Shown here in pieces: positions 10,774-21,104 of a stretch of 64,000 nt of DNA. The number at the start of each line of letters is the position of its first letter. Positions within the stretch are counted from its first letter, which is position 1. The stretch comes from Bacillota bacterium (GTDB taxonomy: Bacteria; Bacillota; Bacilli; Bacillales_A; Planococcaceae): assembly GCA_051750505.1 (NCBI GenBank), contig JBNJJS010000003.1:238715-302714 (forward strand), in the 5' to 3' direction. The position numbers and the translations under genes are program-made. The notes beneath the pieces are model-generated. The model made no database searches. It was not told the DNA's origin and saw only the letters and a program-made list of their open reading frames with translations.

Positions 10774-12495
10774 TTAATCTTCCATTGTGGAAAGATCGCC
10801 AGTCGGCAGATCCAACTCCCACGCTTTTAATACGCGGCGCATGATTTTACCGCTTCGTGTTTTCGGTAGTTTATCTTTGAATTCAATTTCGCGCGGTGCT
10901 GCGTGAGCCGCCAGTTCTTTTTTGACGAACTGCCGGATCTCCTCAATCAGTTCATCGGATGGCTCATAGCCTTCTACAAGCGCGACGAACGCTTTGATGA
11001 TCTCGCCGCGTACTGGATCAGGCTTACCGATGACGCCCGCTTCCGCGACTGCCGGATGCTCGAGTAACTTGCTTTCCACTTCGAACGGGCCGACACGCTC
11101 ACCTGAAGTCATGATGACATCATCCACTCTTCCCTGGAACCAGAAATACCCGTCTTCATCCATGTAAGCCGAGTCGCCGGATACATACCATTCATCATTC
11201 AAGAAGTAGGAATCGTATTTTTGCGGGTTGTTCCAGATTTGGCGCATCATGGATGGCCAGCCTTTTTCGATTGCCAGGTTGCCCATTTGGTTCGGCGGCA
11301 ACTCCTTGCCTTGATCGTCGACGATCGCCGCTTTGACACCTGGAATCGGTTTGCCCATCGACCCTGGCTTGATCGCCATCGATGGATAATTACAGATGAC
11401 TTGTGCTCCGGTTTCCGTCATCCACCATGTATCGTGGATTCGTTTATCGAAAACTTGCGCACCCCATTTGACGACTTCCGGATTAAGCGGTTCGCCGACT
11501 GACAACACATGGCGCAATGTCGATAGGTCGTATTCTTTCACCAACGCATCCCCTGCGCCCATCAGCATGCGGAACGCTGTCGGTGCACTGTACCAAACTG
11601 TGACGCCGAAATCTTCAATCGCTTGATACCAGGCATCCGGAGAGAAGCGCCCGCCCAAAATGACGGTCGTCACTCCGTTCAGCCAAGGAGAGAACACACC
11701 ATAAGCCGTCCCTGTCACCCAGCCCGGGTCAGCTGTGCACCAGTAGATATCCTGTTCCTGGAAATCAAGGACCCATTTGCCGGTCTGGTATTGCTGCACC
11801 ATCGCATATTGCGCATGCAGGACGCCTTTAGGCTTACCTGTAGATCCTGAAGTATAATGAAGCACCAACCCGTCTTCTTTATCAAGCCATTCTACATCGA
11901 ATTTATCCGAGCAGGAATGAAGATGCTTCAATACATCGACGTGGCCGTTGCTTTCTTCTGCCCCTTCCGATCCGACCAGGAAAATCGTTTTCAAATTCGG
12001 CAGGCGGTCTTTCGGGATGCGCGGAAGCAACTCAGGAGTTGTGATGATCGCTTTCGCGTCACTGTCATCAAGGCGGTCGTAGATAGCCCCTTCCATGAAG
12101 GCTTCGAACAACGGCCCGACAATCAAGCCCTTTTTCAATGCCCCGAACATAAGGAAATAAAGTTCAGGCGAACGCGGCATGAAGATGAAGATGCGGTCTC
12201 CTTTTTCAAGATCGGAATGTGCTTCCAAAAGATTCGCCGCACGATTCGTCATGCGTTTCATCTCATAGAATGTATAAGTTTCAAGGCGATGCTGATCTTT
12301 GTAATAGAGAGCGACTTTGTTTTTGCGGTCCGATTCAGCATGGCGGTCAATCGCCTCATGGGCCATATTGATTTTTCCGGTTTGGGACCAGCTGAACTCT
12401 TTTTCAACTTCCGACCAATCGAAATTCGCCGACTGCTCTTCGTAATTATGTAGATAATGCTCCCCTGGCTTTGCTGGTAACGCTTCCACTTTCAC
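10774..12495 (-). CDS. acsA: Acetyl-CoA synthetase
   Basis: YTSGSTGKPKG, WWMTETG, SGDSA, KLPKTRSGKIMRR (acetylatable Lys); divergent from acuABC; GTG start likely. Confidence 0.95.
   Translation of the reverse strand: MKVEALPAKPGEHYLHNYEEQSANFDWSEVEKEFSWSQTGKINMAHEAIDRHAESDRKNKVALYYKDQHRLETYTFYEMKRMTNRAANLLEAHSDLEKGDRIFIFMPRSPELYFLMFGALKKGLIVGPLFEAFMEGAIYDRLDDSDAKAIITTPELLPRIPKDRLPNLKTIFLVGSEGAEESNGHVDVLKHLHSCSDKFDVEWLDKEDGLVLHYTSGSTGKPKGVLHAQYAMVQQYQTGKWVLDFQEQDIYWCTADPGWVTGTAYGVFSPWLNGVTTVILGGRFSPDAWYQAIEDFGVTVWYSAPTAFRMLMGAGDALVKEYDLSTLRHVLSVGEPLNPEVVKWGAQVFDKRIHDTWWMTETGAQVICNYPSMAIKPGSMGKPIPGVKAAIVDDQGKELPPNQMGNLAIEKGWPSMMRQIWNNPQKYDSYFLNDEWYVSGDSAYMDEDGYFWFQGRVDDVIMTSGERVGPFEVESKLLEHPAVAEAGVIGKPDPVRGEIIKAFVALVEGYEPSDELIEEIRQFVKKELAAHAAPREIEFKDKLPKTRSGKIMRRVLKAWELDLPTGDLSTMED
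12475..12488 (-). promoter_or_regulatory. cre site inside the acsA 5' coding region
   Basis: TGGAAGCGTTACCA; B. subtilis acsA carries a near-identical cre in the same context. Confidence 0.8.
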
Positions 12496-12658
12496 ATAAA
12501 TCACCCTTTCCCTTTGTTTCTCTATATTCTACATCAACACAGATGAGAAATGCGAATAATTTTAATTTTTTCGAAAATACCGTGTATTTACAAGAGCAAC
12601 TTTCTTTTCCCTCTCCCCTTCATGTATAATGAAGCTAATTGCAACCACAGGCGGTGAA

Positions 12659-13294
12659 ATGATGGAACATAAAAAAACGTACAATGCGATGGAACTGAAA
12701 ACAAAACATGGCCCCCTCATAATCGAAGGGCCTGTCCCGTCAAGGGAACTGAAGGAACTTGATTTCCATGAACACTTAGTGGCTTTCCGGCCTCCACTTC
12801 AGCAGCACAAAGCCATAACTGAAATTGCTGACCTGCCGGAAGGGCGTATTTTGATTGCGAGAGATCGCAATATGATTGTAGGGTATGTGACCTTTCTATA
12901 CCCGGATCCCCTTGAGCGATGGTCTGAAGGGAAAATGGAGAATCTAATTGAACTAGGCGCTATTGAAGTCATTCCGAAATATCGCGGTGCAGGAGTCGGT
13001 AAAGCGCTTCTCCAGGTATCCATGATGGATGATGCATTCGAAGATTTTATTTGTATCACGACCGAATACTATTGGCATTGGGATTTGAAAGGCACTGGTT
13101 TGAATGTCTGGGAATACCGGAAGATCATGGAAAAAATGATGCAAGCAGGTGGGCTCGAGTATTTTGCTACGGATGACCCGGAGATCAGCTCCCACCCAGC
13201 CAATACATTGATGGCACGGATCGGTTCACGAGTCGATCCGGAATCGATCCAAAAGTTCGATCAGCTTCGTTTTATGAACCGATATATGTACTAA
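12659..13294 (+). CDS. acuA: Acetoin utilisation protein AcuA (GNAT acetyltransferase of AcsA)
   Basis: ELGAIEV...RGAGVGKALL, TEYYWHWDL, DDPEI.SHPAN. Confidence 0.95.
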   Translation: MMEHKKTYNAMELKTKHGPLIIEGPVPSRELKELDFHEHLVAFRPPLQQHKAITEIADLPEGRILIARDRNMIVGYVTFLYPDPLERWSEGKMENLIELGAIEVIPKYRGAGVGKALLQVSMMDDAFEDFICITTEYYWHWDLKGTGLNVWEYRKIMEKMMQAGGLEYFATDDPEISSHPANTLMARIGSRVDPESIQKFDQLRFMNRYMY

Positions 13295-13314
13295 CAGATT
13301 AAAGGGGTGTTTGT

Positions 13315-13953
13315 ATGTTAGTCGAAGAAATCATGAAAAAAGATATTTTCACGCTTCGTTCGGATCAGACCGTCCAAGACGTACTGGATCTGTTCGAAGA
13401 AAAGCGGATCCGCCACGTGCCGATAGTCGATGATGGCAAAGTTGTGGGGATCGTTACCGACCGGGATCTCAAAGATGCGATGCCGTCCATGTTCACCGTT
13501 TCTCCTAAAGGTGAACCATACAAGAAAAAAGTAGCGGACATCATGACCAAAAATCCGATGATTGCGCATCCACTGGATTTTGTTGAAGAGATTGCCTTGC
13601 TTTTCTATGAGCAAAAAATCGGCTGCCTTCCTGTAGTCAGCCAAAATGAACTTGTCGGCTTTTTAACGGAAACCGATCTCCTTTATACGTATATCGAATT
13701 GACCGGAGCCCATCAGCCCGGTTCCCAAATCGAAATCAAAGTGCCGAACCGCTCAGGCGCCCTGTATGAAGTCAGCAAAGTATTCTACGAGCATAAAGTC
13801 AATGTATTGAGCGTCCTCGTCTACCCTGACCGGAAAGACAATTCCAATAAGATCCTGGCTTTCCGCATCAAAACGATGAACCCCATCTCCATTATTGAAG
13901 ATCTGCGAAAAGAAGGTTTCGATGTCTTATGGCCGAATCTCATGCAGGAATGA
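13315..13953 (+). CDS. acuB: AcuB (CBS pair + ACT domain)
   Basis: Two CBS repeats (IRHVPIVDDGKVVGIVTDRDL; IGCLPVV) plus ACT domain; position in acu operon. Confidence 0.93.
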   Translation: MLVEEIMKKDIFTLRSDQTVQDVLDLFEEKRIRHVPIVDDGKVVGIVTDRDLKDAMPSMFTVSPKGEPYKKKVADIMTKNPMIAHPLDFVEEIALLFYEQKIGCLPVVSQNELVGFLTETDLLYTYIELTGAHQPGSQIEIKVPNRSGALYEVSKVFYEHKVNVLSVLVYPDRKDNSNKILAFRIKTMNPISIIEDLRKEGFDVLWPNLMQE

Positions 13954-15104
13954 AAAAACACGCTGTCTTCATCTATTCAGAAGATCAATTGGGGTATAAA
14001 TTTTCTGAAACGCATCCGTTCAACCAAAAACGGCTCATTCTTACCATTGATTTGCTCAGGGAAATGGACGCTCTTCCAGAGGATTTGATTGTGCCTGCAC
14101 GGACTGCAACAGATGAAGAACTATTGCTCGCACACGACCAGCGCTATATCGATATCGTCAAAAAAGCGAGCCGCGGTGAAATCACTCCGGAAGCCGGCGA
14201 AGGATACGGCATAGGGACGGAAGATACGCCGATTTTTGAGAATATGCATGAAGCGAGTGCCCGTTTGGTCGGCGGTACATTGACTGCTGTCGACCAAGTG
14301 ATGGAAGGCAAAGCCGAACATGCACTCAACCTCGGCGGCGGCCTGCACCACGGCTTCCGCGGGAAAGCGTCCGGCTTTTGCATCTACAACGATAGCTCGG
14401 TCGCCATCCATTATTTGAAAGAGAAATATGGCGCCCGCGTTTTGTATATCGATACGGATGCCCACCACGGGGATGGTGTCCAATGGTGCTTTTACGACGA
14501 CCCCGAAGTTTGCACGGTGTCGATCCACGAAACGGGCCGCTACCTATTCCCCGGCACCGGCAATATCAATGAACGCGGAAGCGGCCAAGGCTATGGCACT
14601 TCGTTCAATTTTCCGATCGATGCATTCACGGAAGACGAATCGTTCCTAACCATTTACCGGACCGCAATGCGTGAAATCGTCGAACATTTCAAGCCGGATG
14701 TTATTTTAAGCCAGAACGGCGCCGATGCGCATTATTTGGATCCCTTGACCCATTTAAGCAGTACGATGGAAATCTACCGGGAAATCCCGAAGATTGCCCA
14801 TGAATTGGCACATGAGTTCTGCGGCGGTAAATGGATAGCGGTCGGCGGCGGCGGCTATGATATCTGGCGGGTCGTGCCCCGTGCCTGGTCACTCTTGTGG
14901 ATGGAAATGAACAGCGAGCCACTGCCGAGCGGCAAGCTGCCTGAAGCATGGCTTAAGCGCTGGCAGCCGGAATCCCCTGTTCCTTTGATCGAGACATGGG
15001 AAGATCCCGAGAACATGTATAAGCCGATTCCACGAAAAGTGGAAATCACCGAAAAAAACCAGCAAATGCTCGATAAAGCGCTGTATATGATCCGCAATCA
15101 ATAA
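13950..15104 (+). CDS. acuC: AcuC, class I HDAC-like deacetylase
   Basis: GGGLHH, SGFCIYND, IDTDAHHGDG, GGGGY; ATGA overlap with acuB. Confidence 0.96.
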   Translation: MKKHAVFIYSEDQLGYKFSETHPFNQKRLILTIDLLREMDALPEDLIVPARTATDEELLLAHDQRYIDIVKKASRGEITPEAGEGYGIGTEDTPIFENMHEASARLVGGTLTAVDQVMEGKAEHALNLGGGLHHGFRGKASGFCIYNDSSVAIHYLKEKYGARVLYIDTDAHHGDGVQWCFYDDPEVCTVSIHETGRYLFPGTGNINERGSGQGYGTSFNFPIDAFTEDESFLTIYRTAMREIVEHFKPDVILSQNGADAHYLDPLTHLSSTMEIYREIPKIAHELAHEFCGGKWIAVGGGGYDIWRVVPRAWSLLWMEMNSEPLPSGKLPEAWLKRWQPESPVPLIETWEDPENMYKPIPRKVEITEKNQQMLDKALYMIRNQ

Positions 15105-15142
15105 GTTACGCTTCATTTAGTCGGAATATTCCGCAGCTTGAA

Positions 15143-15200
15143 CAAAAAACCGCCTTGGCTTCAGGATTGGATTCAATCCCGTCGCCAAGGCGGTTTTTTA
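15143..15200. terminator. Bidirectional terminator between acuC and ccpA
   Basis: AAAAAACCGCCTTGGC...GCCAAGGCGGTTTTTT with inner GGATTG/CAATCC hairpin. Confidence 0.8.
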
Positions 15201-15224
15201 TTGGCCAACGATAGCCAAAAGGAT

Positions 15225-16223
15225 TTATTGGTGTTTGGTCGACTGCCGTTCTTCAAGGCGGTAAGGCAACACGACTTGGTTTTCCTCAATTTCTTCGTTA
15301 TTCATGTACTTTGTCAACAAGCGCATCGACACCGCTCCAATATCGTAAAGCGGCAATGCTACAGCCGTCAGCATCGGACGTGCCATGCGGGCGAGCTTCG
15401 AGTTTTCATAGGTGATGACTTCTACATCTTCCGGTATCCGTTTGCCTAGCGCTTCCACTTCATGGATCACGCCGATCGACATTTCATCATTGCTGACGAA
15501 ATACGCTGTCGGTTCAATCGATTCCAAGGTACGCACAGCTTCCAAGCCTTCTTCGTAGGTGTTATTGCATTCGACGACAAGGCGCTCGTCATAGCCAAGC
15601 CCGGCTTCCTGCAATGCATCCTGATAGGCTTTCAGCTTATGTTCACGATTGATCTCAGACGATAAGGGGCCTGAAATATAAGCGATTTTCTTATGCCCGC
15701 TGTCGATGAATTTTTTGACCGCTTCGTAGGCAGCGGCATAATAATCGATATTAACGGAAGCGATCGATGCTGTATCATCGATTGAACCCGCTAAAACGAT
15801 CGGTGTCGGGGAACGCTCCATTTCTTTACGTAATTCATCCGAAATGACATCGCTCATAAAGACGATTCCGTCTACTTGTTTGCCGAGCATCGTTTCAAGC
15901 AATTGAAGCTCTTTATTCGGGTTCTGGTCGGAGTTGGACAAAATGATATTATATCGGTACATCGTTGCAATATCTTCGATGCCCCTTGCCAGCTCAGAAT
16001 ATGTGCTATTGGAAATATCGGGTAAGATGACGCCGACCGTCGTTGTTTTCTTGCTCGCCAAACCGCGTGCTACAGCATTTGGACGATAGCCGAGTTCCTC
16101 AATCACTTTCAGTACTTTTTTTCTTGTGGCTGGTTTCACGTTCTGATTTCCGTTCACTACCCGGGATACGGTAGCCATGGAAACATTTGCTTCTCGTGCC
16201 ACATCATAAATCGTAACGGTCAT
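15225..16223 (-). CDS. ccpA: Catabolite control protein A
   Basis: [44 protein letters not shown]. Confidence 0.98.
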   Translation of the reverse strand: MTVTIYDVAREANVSMATVSRVVNGNQNVKPATRKKVLKVIEELGYRPNAVARGLASKKTTTVGVILPDISNSTYSELARGIEDIATMYRYNIILSNSDQNPNKELQLLETMLGKQVDGIVFMSDVISDELRKEMERSPTPIVLAGSIDDTASIASVNIDYYAAAYEAVKKFIDSGHKKIAYISGPLSSEINREHKLKAYQDALQEAGLGYDERLVVECNNTYEEGLEAVRTLESIEPTAYFVSNDEMSIGVIHEVEALGKRIPEDVEVITYENSKLARMARPMLTAVALPLYDIGAVSMRLLTKYMNNEEIEENQVVLPYRLEERQSTKHQ

Positions 16224-16430
16224 TTTGCGCCCTCCTGTTCCATTCTTTCTACAATGATACGATACCCGCTTTATGAATATCAACTCTTAATATGTATTGC
16301 TGCCGCGCTTACAGTGAAAGTTCATGAAACTGTCCATCTTTTGTACTTTGTTTCTTGATTCTGTTCGAACATTTCACATTATAAAAAAGAAAAAAGCCGG
16401 AACAAGTCCGGCTTTTGCTTTTGCTTTTGC

Positions 16431-17516
16431 TTATACTTTCAATTCATACTGCTTCATGAATTTCATCAGTGAATCGTAGTATTCGTCGAATTGCGGCAAG
16501 CTCATTTGCTGTTGCGCATCCGATAGTGCTACTGCAGGATCCGGGTGGACTTCCGCCATCACTCCGTCAGCTCCAATAGCGATTGCCGCTTTAGCAGCAG
16601 GCAATAGCAAGTCGCGGCGGCCAGTAGAGTGTGTCACGTCTACGAACACCGGCAAATGCGTTTCCTGCTTCAGAATCGGCACTGCCGAAATATCCAGTGT
16701 ATTGCGTGTGGCCTTTTCATATGTGCGGATGCCACGCTCACAAAGGATGATCTGGTCATTTCCGTTAGCGATGATGTATTCAGCTGCTTTAATGAACTCA
16801 TCAACAGTAGCAGACATGCCGCGCTTCAATAGCACCGGTTTGTTGATCTGCCCAACGGCTTTCAATAGTTCGAAGTTCTGCATATTGCGTGCGCCGACTT
16901 GGACGACATCCACATAATCCAGTGCTTCTTCCAAATGATGCGGTGTAACGATTTCCGATACCACGCCCAGCTTGTATTGATCAGCTGCTTTTTTGAGCAT
17001 CTTCAAGCCTTCTAAGCCCAAGCCTTGGAAATCATATGGCGATGTACGCGGCTTGTATGCCCCGCCTCGGATCAGTTTCAATCCTTTGTCGCTGATTGCT
17101 TGCGCTACTTGATCGACTTGCTCTTGCGACTCAACAGCACATGGACCGAAGATGAACGACGGTGCACCTTCGCCAATGTTCTCGCCGTTGACGGAAACGA
17201 TCGTGTCTTCCGCTTTTTTCTTGCGGGAAACGAGAAGTGCTTTGCGGCTGTCCTCTTCCTGCATATCGAGTGCCGATTTGAAGATCTCCTTGAAAATATG
17301 GTCGACGGTCTTTTGATCGAGTGGACCATTGTTATTGTCTTTCAATAGATTAAGCATATGACGCTCGCGTAATGGATCGTATTTTGTAGCGCCTTGCTTT
17401 TCCTTGATTTTCCCGATCTCTTGGATCACGGAAGCTCTCTCGTTGATAAGAGAAAGAATTTGCAGGTTTACTGCATCCACTTGTTCTCTAAGCTGTTCCA
17501 ATTCTGTATGACTCAT
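16431..17516 (-). CDS. aroA: Bifunctional chorismate mutase / DAHP synthase
   Basis: N-terminal AroQ-like domain plus [32 protein letters not shown]. Confidence 0.96.
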   Translation of the reverse strand: MSHTELEQLREQVDAVNLQILSLINERASVIQEIGKIKEKQGATKYDPLRERHMLNLLKDNNNGPLDQKTVDHIFKEIFKSALDMQEEDSRKALLVSRKKKAEDTIVSVNGENIGEGAPSFIFGPCAVESQEQVDQVAQAISDKGLKLIRGGAYKPRTSPYDFQGLGLEGLKMLKKAADQYKLGVVSEIVTPHHLEEALDYVDVVQVGARNMQNFELLKAVGQINKPVLLKRGMSATVDEFIKAAEYIIANGNDQIILCERGIRTYEKATRNTLDISAVPILKQETHLPVFVDVTHSTGRRDLLLPAAKAAIAIGADGVMAEVHPDPAVALSDAQQQMSLPQFDEYYDSLMKFMKQYELKV

Positions 17517-17764
17517 TCTCCACTTCCCCTTTCAAGAGTGACCCTATAATAGGTGTCATATTAACACGATATGACCATTATAAGCAAACTATTCAGCAAA
17601 GTCACGAAATATGTTTAGCGATTCAACGCGCTAAAGCGTTTTCATGAGGAATTTCGAAAGCAGAATGTACATGTGGCGGGGTGCACAGCCCTTTCAAGAA
17701 ATATTTTCCCCATAGAAAAACGGATGGAATAAATCCATCCGCTTTTCATATTCTTGCATGTGGG

Positions 17765-18094
17765 CTAGGCAATGAATGCTTCCATCGCTTTGCTTTTGAT
17801 TTTATTATGGCTTGCATGCCAGTCAACTTGCTCGCTGGCAAAATGGAAAAGTTGAGGAGATTCATGGCGAACCCCTGTTATTTCCTCTATTGCCGCCGAA
17901 AGCTCTCGGTCTTCCTGGACAACTAAATAAAGGAATATTTGATGGGGATGCAATGATGCATACTCTGAGTATTCTTTCCATGCGCCTGCTGAGACTGGGC
18001 AAGTGCTGCTGTGTTTGAACAGCCAATAATGTTGTTCATTGCCGATCGCTTGCTTAAGCTCATCCAAGTTTCTCACATGTACGAAGTTTTCCAT
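17765..18094 (-). CDS. ytxJ: Bacillithiol-system redox protein YtxJ (thioredoxin-like)
   Basis: FKHSSTCPVS, GVRHESPQ motifs; ytxGHJ order. Confidence 0.92.
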   Translation of the reverse strand: MENFVHVRNLDELKQAIGNEQHYWLFKHSSTCPVSAGAWKEYSEYASLHPHQIFLYLVVQEDRELSAAIEEITGVRHESPQLFHFASEQVDWHASHNKIKSKAMEAFIA

Positions 18095-18111
18095 TTAAAC
18101 CGCTCCCAAAA

Positions 18112-18921
18112 TTAATTCTTTTTGTTCTGATTGCTTTGTGGATTTGAAGATCCCTTTGCATTCGAGGATCCTTGTGAATTAGAGGATCCTTTCGTGCTTG
18201 ACGATCCTTGTGAATTGGATGATCCTTTTGTTGCTGAAGAAGATTTTGCGTTAGCAGAGCCTTCCAAACTTGCAGAAGCATTAGTGCCTGCTGAAGTCTT
18301 CGAATCATTATGGCTTGATTTATTTTCTTCTTTCACTTCTTCTACTGCTTCTTTAAGTGCATTCGCAGTGGAAGTGAAAGCATCATTTCCAGCTTTATCG
18401 CCATTATCGACTTTATTTTGCACTGTTTCCAGCAATTCTACGCTCTCTTCGCCTTCAGATGAAGCTGTGCCGTCATCCATTGGTGAATTACTGCCTTTTA
18501 AGTTCTTCACTTTATCGACCACTTTCGTCGACTGCTCTTTCAGCTGCTGCGTAAAGCCTGGGCCATCATTTGATTCCCCGGACTCTTTTGATTGCTGAGC
18601 TTTTTCTTTGTACGTAGTAGCCTGGCTCTTCAAGTCAGCTTGCAATTCCTTGCCTGCTTTAGGAGCGAAGAACAATGCAGCTGCAGCTCCGACAAGCCCG
18701 CCGACGATCATTCCTGTCAAGAAGCCGGAACCGCTGTTCGAATCTTCATAGTCATATAGATCATCGTAGCGGCTTGAGGCGCCGTAAGATTGTGGAACGT
18801 ATTGGCTTTGCTCATACTGGCCGCCCTGGTCGCTATATTTGCCGCCCTGCGTATAATATTCGCCGTTATACTGAGATTCATTGTAGTTAGGTTTTGAGTA
18901 AGTATTTTTGTTTTTTCCCAT
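18112..18921 (-). CDS. ytxH: YtxH-domain protein with low-complexity termini
   Basis: FLTGMIVGGLVGAAAALFFAPKAGKELQADL core. Confidence 0.9.
   Translation of the reverse strand: MGKNKNTYSKPNYNESQYNGEYYTQGGKYSDQGGQYEQSQYVPQSYGASSRYDDLYDYEDSNSGSGFLTGMIVGGLVGAAAALFFAPKAGKELQADLKSQATTYKEKAQQSKESGESNDGPGFTQQLKEQSTKVVDKVKNLKGSNSPMDDGTASSEGEESVELLETVQNKVDNGDKAGNDAFTSTANALKEAVEEVKEENKSSHNDSKTSAGTNASASLEGSANAKSSSATKGSSNSQGSSSTKGSSNSQGSSNAKGSSNPQSNQNKKN
18140..18245 (-). repeat. 18-bp tandem coding repeat (GSSxxx) with 36-bp higher-order period
   Basis: GATCC at 18149, 18167, 18185, 18203, 18221; GATCCTTGTGAATT at 18167 and 18203. Confidence 0.9.
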
Positions 18922-18956
18922 TGGTCTATTCCTCCATTAAAAAGATTAGTTGATAT

Positions 18957-19451
18957 TTAGTATTGGTCGCTGCTGCCCGGCAATTGCTTTTGCCCTGGAA
19001 CCGGTGCGTATTGTTCCTTGTTGCGGGTCTGATACGCTTTGCGTTCTTTCCATTTGTCTGCAATCCCCATTGCAACATTGCTCCACTGAACTGCTTGAGC
19101 GATTTTATCTTCATTCTGTTCCACTTGAACACCTACACGTGATGTAATCTGGCGAACTGTGGAGTTCAGGTCTGTTACAGAAGTCCCGACGCCTTTGACC
19201 GCATCGACTACCCCATTCAATTTTTCTGATTTTACAGTGATGTCTTCTGCCAGTTCATTCGTTTTGTGCAGAAGGTTTGTCGTTTCCAACGTGACACCCT
19301 GCAATTGGTTCTCTAGCCCTGAAACAGTGCCGGAAACCTCTTTTAATGTGTTCTTTAGTGAATTCAATGTCATCGCCAGCGCTACGCATAGAATTAAAAA
19401 TCCAATTGCGGCGACAATCGCGGCAATGTAAAGCAAGATTGACCAATCCAT
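18957..19451 (-). CDS. ytxG: DUF948 general stress protein YtxG
   Basis: N-terminal TM (ILLYIAAIVAAIGFLILCV) plus coiled-coil; operon position. Confidence 0.9.
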   Translation of the reverse strand: MDWSILLYIAAIVAAIGFLILCVALAMTLNSLKNTLKEVSGTVSGLENQLQGVTLETTNLLHKTNELAEDITVKSEKLNGVVDAVKGVGTSVTDLNSTVRQITSRVGVQVEQNEDKIAQAVQWSNVAMGIADKWKERKAYQTRNKEQYAPVPGQKQLPGSSDQY

Positions 19452-19495
19452 TCTGTTTCCTCCTTCGGTTTAGTTAAATTTCGTATACCTGTTTT

Positions 19496-19521
19496 CTACC
19501 CTGCACTATACGGGTTTAAAC
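19496..19521 (-). promoter_or_regulatory. SigB-type promoter of ytxGHJ
   Basis: GTTTAA-N14-GGGTAG; ytxGHJ is SigB-controlled in B. subtilis. Confidence 0.78.
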
Positions 19522-19636
19522 ACCGCTTTAATACTATTCGACAAAAGCATTAAATTGCCTGCTAGCATTTAACAACATTTCTGCATTTTCCATTCGTAGT
19601 TTTCGCAAAAGAAAAAAGCCTAACCAAATATGATGG

Positions 19637-20950
19637 TTAGGCTTTTTTCGGCAATGTCAAAACTTCTTCGTAAGCTTGCTGGAATTTCGTTACGTCTCCC
19701 GCTCCCATGAAAAGGTATACTGCATCATCATGAATCGCCAGTTTTTCGACATCTTCCAATTGAAGTAGTTGGCTGCCTTCAATTTTCTCCTGGAGATCCC
19801 GGATAGTCAAAGTACCCGCTTCCTCTCTCGCAGAACCGAAAATATCGCATAGATAGACATGATCCGCTTCCTGCAGGCAATCTGCAAATTCCTGGAGGAA
19901 AGTCTGGGTACGGCTGAAAGTATGCGGTTGGAAAATAGCGATCAGTTCACGCTCCGGATATTTTTGGCCGGCCGATTGCAAAGTGGCACGGATTTCCGTC
20001 GGGTGATGGGCATAATCGTCAATCAGCACACGGCCGTCGATGGCCGTCTCCGTGAAGCGGCGCTTAACGCCCTCATAGCTCACGAATTGGCGCTGGATGA
20101 TATCCGCCGGGATGCTTTCATACTGGCATAAGGAAATGACCGCCAATGCATTCAGCACGGCATGGTCTCCATACATCGGAATCGTGAACGTATGGAAAAA
20201 TTCGTTGCGGATGACCACATCGAATGTCGTCCCTTCTGTCGTCTTGATGATATTGCGAGCCTGGAAATCATTTTCTTCGCCGAAGCCGTAATAGACGACC
20301 GGTACAGGCGCTTGGATTTGCTGCAAGTAGTCATCATCGCCACATGCGATGATGCATTTCTTCACTTGCTGCGCCATTTCCTGGAACGCTTTAAACACAT
20401 CATCGACGCTGCCGAAATAATCGGGGTGATCAAAATCGATATTGGTCATAATTGCATAGTCCGGATGATACGCCAGGAAATGGCGGCGGTATTCGCACGC
20501 TTCCGCCACGAAGAAATGGGATTCCTCCTGGCCGGATCCCGTTCCGTCCCCGATCAAATATGAAACAGGCTTATAGCCATTCAGGACGTGCGCCATGAGA
20601 CCGGTTGTAGAAGTTTTACCATGGGCTCCTGTAATCGCTACGGAAACGTACTGCTTCATCAAGTCGCCGAGAAATTGATGATACCTGATGATGGTCGCTC
20701 CGCTTTCACGGGCTTTGACCAGCTCTGGATGTTCGTCATTGAACGCATTTCCGGCAATGATCGTCATGTCTTTCGAAATATTTTCAGGGTCGAAAGGCAA
20801 AATGGTGATGCCTCTGTCACGCAGGCGCTCTTCCGTAAAGAAATGCTGCGCGATATCGGAACCCTGCACCGACTCGCCCATATCGTGCATGATCTGGGCC
20901 AGTGCGCTCATGCCAGAGCCTTTAATGCCCGTAAAATGTAATACTGTCAT
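19637..20950 (-). CDS. murC: UDP-N-acetylmuramate--L-alanine ligase
   Basis: [41 protein letters not shown]. Confidence 0.98.
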   Translation of the reverse strand: MTVLHFTGIKGSGMSALAQIMHDMGESVQGSDIAQHFFTEERLRDRGITILPFDPENISKDMTIIAGNAFNDEHPELVKARESGATIIRYHQFLGDLMKQYVSVAITGAHGKTSTTGLMAHVLNGYKPVSYLIGDGTGSGQEESHFFVAEACEYRRHFLAYHPDYAIMTNIDFDHPDYFGSVDDVFKAFQEMAQQVKKCIIACGDDDYLQQIQAPVPVVYYGFGEENDFQARNIIKTTEGTTFDVVIRNEFFHTFTIPMYGDHAVLNALAVISLCQYESIPADIIQRQFVSYEGVKRRFTETAIDGRVLIDDYAHHPTEIRATLQSAGQKYPERELIAIFQPHTFSRTQTFLQEFADCLQEADHVYLCDIFGSAREEAGTLTIRDLQEKIEGSQLLQLEDVEKLAIHDDAVYLFMGAGDVTKFQQAYEEVLTLPKKA

Positions 20951-21104
20951 AAATGAACCTCCTGTGGGAGTGGAAAATTAGTCTAGTCAAACCGCATGTG
21001 CGGATTCAATAGCTGAATGGTTTTTCACAATGCTCCGATTATATCACAAAGTGAGGAGGCACTGAAATAATCAATAATTCCTGTAATTCTGGCGCAGTCT
21101 AGGT

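Noticed and set aside
10383-10822. Ser/Gly-rich and Lys/Arg-rich ORFs overlapping the PBP tail
   Set aside because: Antisense or frameshifted shadows of the Glu/Pro repeat.
15104-15225. Absence of motPS between acuC and ccpA (and of malS near ytzB) relative to B. subtilis
   Set aside because: Ordinary lineage-level gene-content difference with no scar or remnant visible.
16299-16312. cre-like site upstream of ccpA (TGTAAGCGCGGCAG)
   Set aside because: The right arm does not match the consensus.
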